Source of the DNA: Fibrobacterota bacterium
GTDB lineage: Bacteria; Fibrobacterota; Fibrobacteria; UBA11236
DNA length: 64,000 bases
Reading direction: 5' to 3'
Assembly: GCA_947466585.1 (NCBI GenBank)
Contig: CANIEU010000005.1
Location: 64,412-128,411, forward strand
The translations under genes were made by a program, and so were the position numbers. Numbering within the stretch: position 1 is the stretch's first letter; each line of letters starts with the position of its first letter. This document shows, piece after piece, positions 28,960 to 38,432 of the stretch. The notes under the pieces were generated by a model, which searched no databases, was not told where the DNA came from, and worked only from the letters and a program-made list of their open reading frames with translations.

Positions 28960-28976
28960 TTGGAACGCCATTTGCT
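28960..28976 (+). promoter_or_regulatory. Sigma-54 (-24/-12) promoter
   Basis: TTGGAAC-GCCAT-TTGCT: GG at 28962-63 and GC at 28974-75 with the canonical 10-nt spacing; oriented toward the activator gene. Confidence 0.7.
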
Positions 28977-29118
28977 CTAAATTGATTGACAATGGCTAAA
29001 AAGGTTCAAACCGGACGGGTTGTCTTAACAAAACGACCTGAAAGTGACATTTAGTTTACATTAGTTGACAAAAATGGCTTTGGTTTTGGTAAAAGTTGTA
29101 GGTAACGAAGGGGCTGCT

Positions 29119-30735
29119 GTGAAAGATTTTATGGTACACCAGGCCAGAACTCTGGCCGCTCTGACCGAAATCAGCAAGCTGTTCAGTTCCTCCTTGGACT
29201 ATACCGAGGTGGCGAAGCAGTGCCTGTACCTGCTTTCGGACATTCTGGACCTCGAGCGCGGCACCCTTTTGATGCCGACTCCCGACCGTAAATATCTCGC
29301 CATCCGCGCCAGCGTCGGGTTCACGCCCGAAGAAATTCGCGAGGCGGTTTATGAGATCGGTCGTGACTTCGTGGGCAAGGTATATAGTAGCGGCATGCCC
29401 ATGGCGCTGCCCGATGCTGACGACGTGGAAGGCGTTCCGATTCCCAAGGTCAACGCCGATGACTTCAACTTATACCGTATCGGCTTCATCGCCGTGCCGG
29501 TGACTCTCGACGGCCATCCGGTCGGCGTGCTCACCGCGCATCGCACGACCCATTCGACCACCATGGTGGACGAAGACATCAAGGTGATGAAGATCGTGGC
29601 CTCGCTCCTGTCGCAGACCTTGCGCATCGCGGAGATGATCCGCGAAGAGAACAGCCGTCTCGTGCAAGAGAACAAGGAGCTGCACCTCGAACTTGAGGAA
29701 CGCTTCAACCCCGAGAACATGATCGCCGATTCGTCGGCGATGGCGAAAACCTTGGAAATGGTGCGCCGCGTTGCGGGCACCGACGCGACGGTGCTGTTGC
29801 GCGGAGAGAGCGGAACGGGCAAGTCCCTGCTGGCGCGCAGCATCCACTTTTCGAGCCCGCGCAAGCGTGCTCCCTTCGTGATCGTGAACTGCGCCTCGTT
29901 ACCCGCCACCTTGATCGAGAGCGAACTTTTCGGCCACGAGAAGGGCGCCTTCACGGGTGCGTTCATCCAGCGTACGGGCCGCTTCGAAGCGGCCGACGGC
30001 GGCACACTCTTCCTCGATGAAATCGGTGAGCTGCCCATGGAGACGCAGGCCAAGCTGCTGCGCGTGATCCAGGACCGAACCTTCGAACGCGTGGGTTCTT
30101 CCAAGACCATGACGGTGAACGTGCGTTTGATCTGCGCGACCAACGCGAATCTGGAACAGCAAATCCGCGACAAAGAGTTCCGCGAAGATCTGTATTACCG
30201 CCTGATGGTGGTGCCGGTGCAGGTTCCGCCGCTGCGCACGCGTCGCGAAGACATCTTGCCGCTGTGCAACTACTTCCTTAAGAAGTTCACCACCAAGTAC
30301 GGCAAGCGCGTTTCGATTTCGCGCGAGGTGATGGAGTTTCTCGAAAGCTACACGTGGCCCGGCAACGTGCGCGAATTGGAGAACACCATCGAACGCACGG
30401 TGGTGCTGGCAGGCGGGGAGACCCTGACGCCGCGCGACATTCCCATTCTGGAGACCTTGGTGGCCGCACCGGCGGCGCCTTTTGTGAGCGCCATGCCGGA
30501 GGTTTCTGAACCGGCGCCCGCACCGGGGATCGTGACCTTCGGGCCGATGCAAGGCCGCGCGCGCGAGCGCCAGCCCTACGAGCGCGTACCACTGCGGGAG
30601 AAGGATATCCGTGAGGCGATGCACAATGCCGGAGGCATTCAGACGCACGCGGCACGGATGCTCGGCGTGTCGCTGCGCCAACTGCGCTACGCGCTCACGC
30701 GCTTCGAGATCAAGGCGACGGAGTTTAAGTATTAG
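29119..30735 (+). CDS. NifA-like sigma-54-dependent transcriptional activator (GAF-AAA+-HTH)
   Basis: N-terminal [44 protein letters not shown]; Fis-type HTH ([14 protein letters not shown]); start GTG 29119 or ATG 29131. Confidence 0.9.
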   Translation: MKDFMVHQARTLAALTEISKLFSSSLDYTEVAKQCLYLLSDILDLERGTLLMPTPDRKYLAIRASVGFTPEEIREAVYEIGRDFVGKVYSSGMPMALPDADDVEGVPIPKVNADDFNLYRIGFIAVPVTLDGHPVGVLTAHRTTHSTTMVDEDIKVMKIVASLLSQTLRIAEMIREENSRLVQENKELHLELEERFNPENMIADSSAMAKTLEMVRRVAGTDATVLLRGESGTGKSLLARSIHFSSPRKRAPFVIVNCASLPATLIESELFGHEKGAFTGAFIQRTGRFEAADGGTLFLDEIGELPMETQAKLLRVIQDRTFERVGSSKTMTVNVRLICATNANLEQQIRDKEFREDLYYRLMVVPVQVPPLRTRREDILPLCNYFLKKFTTKYGKRVSISREVMEFLESYTWPGNVRELENTIERTVVLAGGETLTPRDIPILETLVAAPAAPFVSAMPEVSEPAPAPGIVTFGPMQGRARERQPYERVPLREKDIREAMHNAGGIQTHAARMLGVSLRQLRYALTRFEIKATEFKY

Positions 30736-30751
30736 GGAAGGGGTGGGTAAG

Positions 30752-30856
30752 AGTGATTAGGGGATAGCAACACAAGACACGTTTGATTGCACCTCACTCG
30801 TCGCTATCCACTATCCACTATTCACTATTCACTATCCACTTTTTCCTACTTCCTAC
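30752..30856. repeat. Inverted heptamer-array element A
   Basis: Left AGTGATT-AGGGGAT-AGC; right (CTATYCA)x5 at 30804-30838, then TTCCTAC x2. Confidence 0.8.
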
Positions 30857-30863
30857 TTCTTCG

Positions 30864-32882
30864 TTACCACTCACCGCGGGGAGGTCTCTTCGCTCCCGGT
30901 TTCCCGCTTTTCAACTGCGCGTTCTTCGATCCCTTGCGAAAATCCTTGTCGTCGCCGAACTTTGCAGGACCGCGCTTTTCGCTGCTCGCATGGGATGTTT
31001 TCGAACTGCCGGGGCGGAAGGGTTTCTTCTTGCGAGCCATATCCGACCCTGTATCCCATTTCTCCCAGTCTTGCTTGGGGCGCGAAGATTTCGTGTGGGA
31101 ACCTTCCTTGGGCGGCGAAACTTCTTTCGGACGGAGCCCGGTTTTCTGCCGGTACCCACCGGTAGATCGCGCCGAGCGCTCTGTTGAACGCGCGGACCGC
31201 TCGGGTGCCCGGGCGCGGACCTCTTCCTTGGTATTCCTGGCTTCTAAAGCCTCTCGTGCTTTTTCCGAACGCGGCTTCACATGGGCTTCGTGACGCGCGG
31301 TGCGGGCGTTGATTTCCGCCTCGGCTTCGTCCACCGGATCGACCTTCGGCTTTTTGCGGTTGAGGATGCCGTACTTGTCGGGGAGCAATACCACGAGCAT
31401 TTCGATGTTGTTCGTGCCCGGGAACATGTCGAAGGGGACCGCCTTGGCCACCATGTAGCCCTGCTTGCGCCAGCGGGTGATTTCGGCGGGCATGGTGTTC
31501 ATGTCGCAGAACAGGTAGGCTACGCGGCGCGGCTTGCGCTCGGCCAGCAACGGGATCACGCCCGGCGCGGTGCCCTGGCGCGGCGGATCGAGCAGCAGCA
31601 CTTCGGGAGTGCCGTCGACGGGGGGCAGCAGTTTGGCCAAGGTCTTCGCGTCGATGCGCGAGGCGATGAAGCGCGTGTTGCGTAGCAGGGCCGGGCCCGC
31701 AGAGCCTGCCGCGCGTTGGGCGGCGTCGATGGAAACCGGCGAGCCTTCGATGCCGATGGCGCTGGCACATACTTCGGCGGCCGGCAAGGTGAATAACCCG
31801 CAGCCGCAATACAAATCGATGAGACGATCGGTTTTCTGGGGCTTGAGAGCGTTTTGCACTTCGGCCATCACGCGCGGCAAAATGGACGGGTTAACCTGGA
31901 AGAATCCCGTGGGATGGAGCAGATAGCGACGGTTGTCGATCTGCATGGGCAAAAACTCGGGGCCGAAAAGCTTCTTCACGCGGAAGGCGCCTTCCGAAAC
32001 GCGAGCCTCGAGGTAGTAGTCCGAACGCGTCTTGTCGTAGAAGATGTGTGCCGCCACGACCTTGCCGCCCTGCATCTTGCTCAGGTGCTCCGCCAGCAAT
32101 CCGGCCTTGCGCACCACATCGGCGTTGAGACGGAACACGTTGAAAATCACCATGAGGTTGGGATAACCGCGCACGATCAGGAAGTTGAGCGCATTGGCCA
32201 GCGGGCGATAGGAGTCTTCGTTGAGCTTGGCTAGCGCAGTTTTGTAAACGGCGTCGTGCGAAGCGGGTTCGAGCAGATCGATGCCGCCCTTGGCCTCGCC
32301 GCCGAGGCGTTCGAGGAAGAAGTCCCACTTCCAGCCGCCGTTCTTGAACACGAGGCGGCGCTTGGTGGTGGAGCGGTAATGGCGCGGCTCGGGCGAACCG
32401 ACAACGCGGGTGGGCTTGTCGGGGAGCGCGTGCTGCGTCCACCATTTGCGGACGGCAAGCGTCTTCAGCTCGATTTCGGCGTCATAATCGAGCAGCGCGA
32501 GCGGCGCAGGTTCGGGGTCGAGTTTGTCGAAGAGTCCCGCTTCACCGGCGGTCTGACGGATAAGCGTCGAAAACGCGTCCTTGACCGGGACGGCCGCTTC
32601 CGCCGCATCGCGCAGCACGCCGCGCTTGTCGCGCGGGTCACGCGTGGGACGTGGGCCCTCCGCGCCTTGGGGTTGTCCGCGTCCGCTGCGGCCGGTAGGG
32701 GCGGGCAGTCCGCGCTTGTTCTTGCCTTCGTATTGCTTCCCGACCTTGCCCGGTGCGGCGCGGCGATCGCCGCGCGTGGCGTCCTTGTAGGCATCCTGTT
32801 TTTCTTCGCGTTCCACGGCGCGCGCGTCGCGGCGTTTCTGTTTGCTGACGCTGGTATCGGTCTTGAATTGAAAACGGGTCAT
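30864..32882 (-). CDS. RlmD/TrmA-family RNA (uracil-C5) methyltransferase with long basic tails
   Basis: GFFQVN, DLYCGCGLF, LDPPRQG, YLFCD, DMFPGT..IE. Confidence 0.85.
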   Translation of the reverse strand: MTRFQFKTDTSVSKQKRRDARAVEREEKQDAYKDATRGDRRAAPGKVGKQYEGKNKRGLPAPTGRSGRGQPQGAEGPRPTRDPRDKRGVLRDAAEAAVPVKDAFSTLIRQTAGEAGLFDKLDPEPAPLALLDYDAEIELKTLAVRKWWTQHALPDKPTRVVGSPEPRHYRSTTKRRLVFKNGGWKWDFFLERLGGEAKGGIDLLEPASHDAVYKTALAKLNEDSYRPLANALNFLIVRGYPNLMVIFNVFRLNADVVRKAGLLAEHLSKMQGGKVVAAHIFYDKTRSDYYLEARVSEGAFRVKKLFGPEFLPMQIDNRRYLLHPTGFFQVNPSILPRVMAEVQNALKPQKTDRLIDLYCGCGLFTLPAAEVCASAIGIEGSPVSIDAAQRAAGSAGPALLRNTRFIASRIDAKTLAKLLPPVDGTPEVLLLDPPRQGTAPGVIPLLAERKPRRVAYLFCDMNTMPAEITRWRKQGYMVAKAVPFDMFPGTNNIEMLVVLLPDKYGILNRKKPKVDPVDEAEAEINARTARHEAHVKPRSEKAREALEARNTKEEVRARAPERSARSTERSARSTGGYRQKTGLRPKEVSPPKEGSHTKSSRPKQDWEKWDTGSDMARKKKPFRPGSSKTSHASSEKRGPAKFGDDKDFRKGSKNAQLKSGKPGAKRPPRGEW

Positions 32883-32919
32883 GGGAACTTTCGGATTTGA
32901 CTCAGGCAGTAACGGTGCG

Positions 32920-33300
32920 CTAGGGGAGGTTGTCGGCGTTCAAGGTTTTAGCGATCAGGTCGGCGAAACCGGGCAGACGATAGAGGTAAGGTTCAAGCTC
33001 GAAGGTGACGCCGGGATGGCGGGCGCGCAGGCGGTCTAGTTCGGCCGGAACATCATCGATCATGTGACGACCGATAAAAACGAGGAGTGGGAGCACGCGG
33101 ATCACCGTGCAACCGGCGTCGACCAATCTGTCCACCGCGGGTTCGAGTTTCGGTTCCTGGTTCAGGAAGGCGTAGGCGAAGCGGCGGTCGGGAGTGGCGG
33201 ATGCAAGGGTAGCGCATAAGGCCTTGATTTCAGCCTCGGTACCGGGTTCGCGGCTGCCGTGGCCGAGCAGGACGGCACCATAAATAGGGGATGAAGTCAT
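32920..33300 (-). CDS. CbiX/SirB short-form (sirohydrochlorin) chelatase
   Basis: LLGHGSR, AFL..EP, LPLLVFIGRHM..DVP. Confidence 0.88.
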   Translation of the reverse strand: MTSSPIYGAVLLGHGSREPGTEAEIKALCATLASATPDRRFAYAFLNQEPKLEPAVDRLVDAGCTVIRVLPLLVFIGRHMIDDVPAELDRLRARHPGVTFELEPYLYRLPGFADLIAKTLNADNLP

Positions 33301-33321
33301 GGGGTAAAGGTAGGAACAGTA

Positions 33322-33445
33322 GGTAGTCGGTAGACGGTAGTAGGTAGAGAACGCGAGGATGGCGGGTTTCCAAGACTGCCGAATTCCCCAAATCCATACC
33401 GAATGAAGCCCTCTACCGTCTACCGACTACCTACCACCGTCTACT
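33322..33445. repeat. Inverted heptamer-array element B
   Basis: Left GGTAGNN x4 (33322-33349); 61-bp spacer; right NNCTACC-type x5 (33411-33445). Confidence 0.9.
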
Positions 33446-33457
33446 ATATTCCCCGCC

Positions 33458-34600
33458 GTGAATACCACCGAAATCAAACAGACTCCGCTGCACGCCTGGC
33501 ATGTCGCCCAGGGTGCCAAAATGGCCCCGTTCGCGGGCTTTTCCATGCCCATCCAGTACTCCGGCATCCGTCAGGAACACGACGCCGTGCGGACGCGCGC
33601 GGGCATGTTCGACGTGTCCCACATGGGCAACTTCACCGTGCGCGGCCCCGGAGCGCTTGCCTACCTGCAGCGCTTGACGGTCAACAACGTCGCCAAGCTC
33701 GCACCCGGCGACGTGCAGTACTCCGCCCTTTGCCGGCCCGATGGTGGGGTGATCGACGACATTCTGGTGTATTGCGTGGCGCAGAACGACTATATGGTCG
33801 TGGTCAACGCCGCCAACATCACCAAGGACTGGAACTGGTGCGCCGACCATCACAAAAAATGGGAAGTGGATTGCGAAATGGAAAACGTCAGCGAGGCGAT
33901 CTCCATCCTTTCATTGCAAGGCCCAGCCGCCGAAGCGATCTTCCGCGCCGTCGCACCCGATTACGAAGGCACGCTCAAGACCTATCAATGCGCCACGCTC
34001 GCTGTGAATGGTGTCTCTATGCTATTGGGCCGCACGGGCTACACCGGCGAAGACGGTTTTGAATTCTACCCCAAGTCCCAAGACACCGAAGCCCTTTGGT
34101 TGGCGTTGCTGGCTGCGGGGGAGGCGCACGGCATTTTGCCCATCGGTCTCGCCGCTCGCGACACGCTCCGCCTAGAATCAGGTTATTCGTTGTACGGACA
34201 CGAACTCACCGACAGCATCAATCCGCTCGAAGCTGGCTTGGCCTGGATCACCGATCTCGATAGCGAGAATAAGGGCGATTTTATTGGTCGAGACGCCCTG
34301 CTGACCATTCGTGATGTCGGACCCGTGCGGAAGCTCACCGGCCTCCTCATGGAAGAACTCGCTATTCCGCGCGAAGGCTGCCCCGTGCTCAAGGACGGCA
34401 AGGTTGTGGGCGCGGTGACTTCGGGAACGCTTTCGCCCACGCTGGGCAAGGGCATCGCGCTGGCGCTGGTCGAACCTTCCGCCGCCGAGCACGACACAGC
34501 GCTGGCCGTTGAAATCCGCGGCGCGGCGAAGCCGGCCAAGGCCGTCGGGCGTGCGTTCTATAAACGGCCCAAGGCGCAGGTACAGGAAACCGTCGCGTGA
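33458..34600 (+). CDS. gcvT: Glycine cleavage system aminomethyltransferase T
   Basis: TPLHAWH, MPIQY, FDVSHMG, RTGYTGEDGFE, GLAARDTLRLE. Confidence 0.96.
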   Translation: MNTTEIKQTPLHAWHVAQGAKMAPFAGFSMPIQYSGIRQEHDAVRTRAGMFDVSHMGNFTVRGPGALAYLQRLTVNNVAKLAPGDVQYSALCRPDGGVIDDILVYCVAQNDYMVVVNAANITKDWNWCADHHKKWEVDCEMENVSEAISILSLQGPAAEAIFRAVAPDYEGTLKTYQCATLAVNGVSMLLGRTGYTGEDGFEFYPKSQDTEALWLALLAAGEAHGILPIGLAARDTLRLESGYSLYGHELTDSINPLEAGLAWITDLDSENKGDFIGRDALLTIRDVGPVRKLTGLLMEELAIPREGCPVLKDGKVVGAVTSGTLSPTLGKGIALALVEPSAAEHDTALAVEIRGAAKPAKAVGRAFYKRPKAQVQETVA

Positions 34601-37515
34601 AGTTCTTCCGGAAGCTTCGGAAAGGATCCAAGGCGGGAGGCCGAACGGCCGCAAGGCTTGCGGCCAAAGCCAAAGGGAAGACCACCAAACCGCGCGGCAA
34701 GGCCCGCGGGTCCAAAGAGGAAGACGAAGAGGAGAGCGCTCCCGTCAGCCGCGAAATTCCCGGACTGATTCTGCTTTCGGTCGTACTCGTCACCTTCATC
34801 GCACTGATTTCGGAATTCGTCCAAGCGGAAGGAAACCTCCTCGGGCCGTGGCTCGGCAGTTGGTGGGCGAGCGCTCTCAGCGGCGCCTTCGGTGGCCTTC
34901 CGATTTTGGTGTACCTCGTTGCGCTCGCCCTCGTGGGCGTGCAATGGACCTTTGACCGCGCCGGATGGCGCGCCGTATCGATCACGGCCAGCATCGGATT
35001 TTTATTGGGGCTGTTGCTCAGCATCCAGCATCTGGGTGTCGAGGGGCTGATCCGTTCTGACTATCAGTTCTCGGGCGGATGGGTGGGCAACTTCCTGGCG
35101 CAGCAGATCTTCCTGCCCGTTTTCGGCTCCGGTAAATTCGGGCCGTATCTCGTCACAAGCCTGCTGATCTTCGTGCTCGCGGTGTGGGGTTTTCAGCTCA
35201 GCGTGGCCGCGTGGGTCAAGCGCGGTGCGTTTGCCGCCGGTGCAGTGGGCCGCACCATCGCCGAGGGCTGGCGCAGCGTCGAACCGGCCGACCGCAACGG
35301 CGGTGCGGAGGGCGAGGAGGACTACTTGGAGGAAGAGGACGGGGAGTACGAAGATGCGATCGTGCCCGCGACTCCGCTCAAGGTCGCCCGCAAATCCCGG
35401 AGCCGCAAAGCCACGGAGGCGGCGGAAGAAGATGCGGATGCGGACCTGATCCCCACCGCCGAAGACAGTCCCGAAGTGGAAAAGGCGAAGTTGGCTGCGC
35501 TGCTGGAACGTGGCAGCCTCGAAGGTTTGGATCCGTTGACCATTCGCAAATTGCGCGATCTGGAACAAGAGCGTCAGCGCGTCACCGAGCTGAACGATTG
35601 GGAAGAGAAGACGCGCGACACCGAGATCGGCGGCCTGCTTGGCCGCACCAAGAAAACGCAGGCAAAGGGTCCCGCCGAAGTGGTGACGCCGAAGGAACCC
35701 GACCTACTCGATTCCGATTCGGATTTTCCCGAAGAGGATGCGGACGATTTTGACTCTGCCTCCGACGCCGACGTGGATGCCGATGATTTGATTCCGCCCG
35801 TACCAAAGAAAAAGGCGGGGAAGGGCAAGCCCGCCGCACCTAAGGCTCTCGCCAACCGTGCGCCCTGGGATTCTGTCGAAGGATCCGAAGGCCCGGGCCG
35901 CATCGGCGACGACGGTTCGCTGGCTCCTTCCACCATGGTTTACGACGCGTACCACTTGCCCGAACTCGATGCGATTTTTCCGACTCCGCCGGTGCAGGCG
36001 CTAGAGTTCACCGAAGAAGAGTTGTTGGAACAAAAGCAGTTGCTCGAAGCGCAGCTCAACAACTTCAAGGTGCGCGGCAAGGTGACGGGCATTCATCCCG
36101 GTCCGGTGATCACGCGCTACGAAGTGGAGCTTGCGCCCGGTGAAAAGGTGAACCGCATCAGCGGGCTCGCCGACGACCTCGCTTTGGCCTTGCGCGCCAA
36201 GAGCATCCGCATTCTCGCGCCCATTCCGGGAAAGTCGCTGGTGGGCGTGGAAGTGCCGAACCGTAAGGCCCAGATCGTCTACATCAAGGAAATTCTCGGG
36301 TCGGAGAAGTTCCTCGTGGAAAACGATACGCTCAAGGTGGCGCTCGGCAAAAACATTTCGGGCGATCCGTATGTGGCCGATCTGACGCGGGCCCCGCATT
36401 TGCTCATCGCCGGTCAGACCGGGTCGGGTAAATCGGTATGCATCAACAGCATTATGGCTTCGCTGCTGGCGAGCAAGTCGCCTGCGCAACTCCGCATGAT
36501 CCTGATCGACCCGAAGGTGGTCGAGCTCAAGCCTTACGAGAACATTCCGCATTTGCTCGGCCCGGTGATCACCAATCCCGAGACCGCTGTGCAGGCTCTC
36601 AAGTGGGCAACGCTGAAGATGGACGAGCGCTACGACAAACTCGCCAAGAGCGGCGTGCGCAACATCAAGGGCTTCAATGAGAAGGTGCGCGCGGGCGTGA
36701 TTCGCGAAGACCACCTCTACCACCAATCCGAAGAATTCGGAGATGGCGTGGTGGTGCGCTACACCGACGATATTCCGGAGGACGGAGAGGATTCCGAAGC
36801 CCCGGCGCCGAAAGCTTCGGGCGAAGAAATGCCCTACATCCTGATCGTCATCGACGAGCTCGCCGACCTGATGATGGTTGCCGGCAAGGAAGTGGAAACC
36901 AATATCGCGCGCATTGCCCAGAAGGCGCGCGCGGTGGGCATCCACCTCATTCTCGCCACGCAGCGTCCCTCGACCAACGTGATCACGGGCACCATCAAGG
37001 CGAACCTGCCCACGCGCATCGCCTTCCAGGTGGCAAGCCAGATCGACGCGCGCACCATTCTCGACCGCCAAGGCGCGGAGAAGCTGCTGGGCCGCGGCGA
37101 CATGCTTTTCCGTCCCATCGAGTCGCCCGAGCCCGAGCGTCTGCATGGCTGCTTCCTCGACGACGCGCAGTGCGAAGCCATCGCCGAGGCCTGCTCTTCG
37201 CAGAACGTGAACTTCCCGAAGGTGCGGACCTTCAATGTGGAAGAGGAAATGGCCGGCGGGGGAAGCCACGACGAGGAGCGCGACGAGAAGTTCATCGACG
37301 CGGCCGAACTCGTGGTGCAGCTCAAGCAGGCATCCGTCTCGCTGCTGCAGCGCCGCCTGGGCGTTGGATATGCGAAGGCGGGCCGCATCGTCGACCAGCT
37401 TGAGCGCGCGGGCATCGTGGGCCGCGAACGGGGCTCCAAGCCGCGCGAGGTGCTGATGAACGAGGAAGAGCTATACAGCTTCCTGCGGTCCCACGAAGCG
37501 ACCGACGGGCTCTAG
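34597..37515 (+). CDS. ftsK: DNA translocase FtsK
   Basis: N-terminal TM domain, acidic linker, PHLLIAGQTGSGKS, IDELADLM, ATQRPS, gamma domain SVSLLQRRLGVGY. Confidence 0.96.
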   Translation: MKFFRKLRKGSKAGGRTAARLAAKAKGKTTKPRGKARGSKEEDEEESAPVSREIPGLILLSVVLVTFIALISEFVQAEGNLLGPWLGSWWASALSGAFGGLPILVYLVALALVGVQWTFDRAGWRAVSITASIGFLLGLLLSIQHLGVEGLIRSDYQFSGGWVGNFLAQQIFLPVFGSGKFGPYLVTSLLIFVLAVWGFQLSVAAWVKRGAFAAGAVGRTIAEGWRSVEPADRNGGAEGEEDYLEEEDGEYEDAIVPATPLKVARKSRSRKATEAAEEDADADLIPTAEDSPEVEKAKLAALLERGSLEGLDPLTIRKLRDLEQERQRVTELNDWEEKTRDTEIGGLLGRTKKTQAKGPAEVVTPKEPDLLDSDSDFPEEDADDFDSASDADVDADDLIPPVPKKKAGKGKPAAPKALANRAPWDSVEGSEGPGRIGDDGSLAPSTMVYDAYHLPELDAIFPTPPVQALEFTEEELLEQKQLLEAQLNNFKVRGKVTGIHPGPVITRYEVELAPGEKVNRISGLADDLALALRAKSIRILAPIPGKSLVGVEVPNRKAQIVYIKEILGSEKFLVENDTLKVALGKNISGDPYVADLTRAPHLLIAGQTGSGKSVCINSIMASLLASKSPAQLRMILIDPKVVELKPYENIPHLLGPVITNPETAVQALKWATLKMDERYDKLAKSGVRNIKGFNEKVRAGVIREDHLYHQSEEFGDGVVVRYTDDIPEDGEDSEAPAPKASGEEMPYILIVIDELADLMMVAGKEVETNIARIAQKARAVGIHLILATQRPSTNVITGTIKANLPTRIAFQVASQIDARTILDRQGAEKLLGRGDMLFRPIESPEPERLHGCFLDDAQCEAIAEACSSQNVNFPKVRTFNVEEEMAGGGSHDEERDEKFIDAAELVVQLKQASVSLLQRRLGVGYAKAGRIVDQLERAGIVGRERGSKPREVLMNEEELYSFLRSHEATDGL

Positions 37516-37769
37516 TCCAAGGTGGCTTCAATTTTACACGGGCGACGGATGGCTTTTAGGGCCAACTGGCGCTTCACTTCTATTCAGACCACCGACGGGC
37601 TTTAGCCCGACCACCAGAAAACCCACATTTTACTCGAAAAATCCACTTGAAAGGGCTTTTCGACCTTAAATCCATTTAGTCCACAGACTTGATATTCTAA
37701 ATCCCACTAAGTACTTTATTCCTCGTTCGGATCAAACGGACGCGATCATTTTTCAACCCGGAGGCTCCC

Positions 37770-38411
37770 ATGAGCGACCTGCATATCGGATCGATTGCCC
37801 CTGACTTCACCCAGAATTCCAGCTTGGGCCCCATCCATTTTCACAAGTATATCGAAGGAAGCTGGGTTGTGTTTTTCTCGCACCCGGCCGACTTTACGCC
37901 CGTTTGCACCACGGAGCTCGGCGAGACGGCGAAACTCGCACCCGAATGGAAGAAGCGCAACGTCAAAGTGATCGCGCTATCGGTGGATAGCGAGGAGTCG
38001 CACAAGGGTTGGATTCCGGACATCAACGAGACACAGAATTGCACGGTGGATTTCCCCATCATCGCGGATGAGGACAAGTCGGTCTCTATCGGATATGGCA
38101 TGTTTCAGCCGACCGCGAACGATAAATTCACGGTGCGTTCCGTGTTCTTTATCGACCCGAGTAAGAAGATCCGTGCGATCATCACCTATCCCGCTTCGAC
38201 GGGCCGCAACTTCGCCGAGATTCTGCGCGTGATCGATTCGCTGCAGCTCACCGACGGCTACAAGGTGGCCACGCCGGTGAACTGGAAAGACGGCGAAGAC
38301 GTGGTGATCGCCCCTGCCCTGCAGGATCCCGAAGATCTGAAGGCGCGCTTTCCGAAGGGGTATAAGATCATCAAGCCGTACCTGCGTTTGACGCCGCAGC
38401 CGAATAAGTAG
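37770..38411 (+). CDS. 1-Cys peroxiredoxin (Prx6 family)
   Basis: SHPADFTPVCTTELG, YPASTGRNF, ATPVNWK; GGAGG SD. Confidence 0.95.
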   Translation: MSDLHIGSIAPDFTQNSSLGPIHFHKYIEGSWVVFFSHPADFTPVCTTELGETAKLAPEWKKRNVKVIALSVDSEESHKGWIPDINETQNCTVDFPIIADEDKSVSIGYGMFQPTANDKFTVRSVFFIDPSKKIRAIITYPASTGRNFAEILRVIDSLQLTDGYKVATPVNWKDGEDVVIAPALQDPEDLKARFPKGYKIIKPYLRLTPQPNK

Positions 38412-38432
38412 GCGGGGTGGGTTTGGTCAGGT

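Noticed and set aside
29119..30735. Calling the activator nifA and inferring nitrogen fixation
   Set aside because: The GAF-AAA-HTH architecture is shared by many non-nif activators, and no nif genes are in the window
33301..33457. Glycine riboswitch before gcvT (likewise SAM before metF and purine before guaA)
   Set aside because: No aptamer consensus seen, and the -10 hexamers sit immediately before the start codons, leaving no leader
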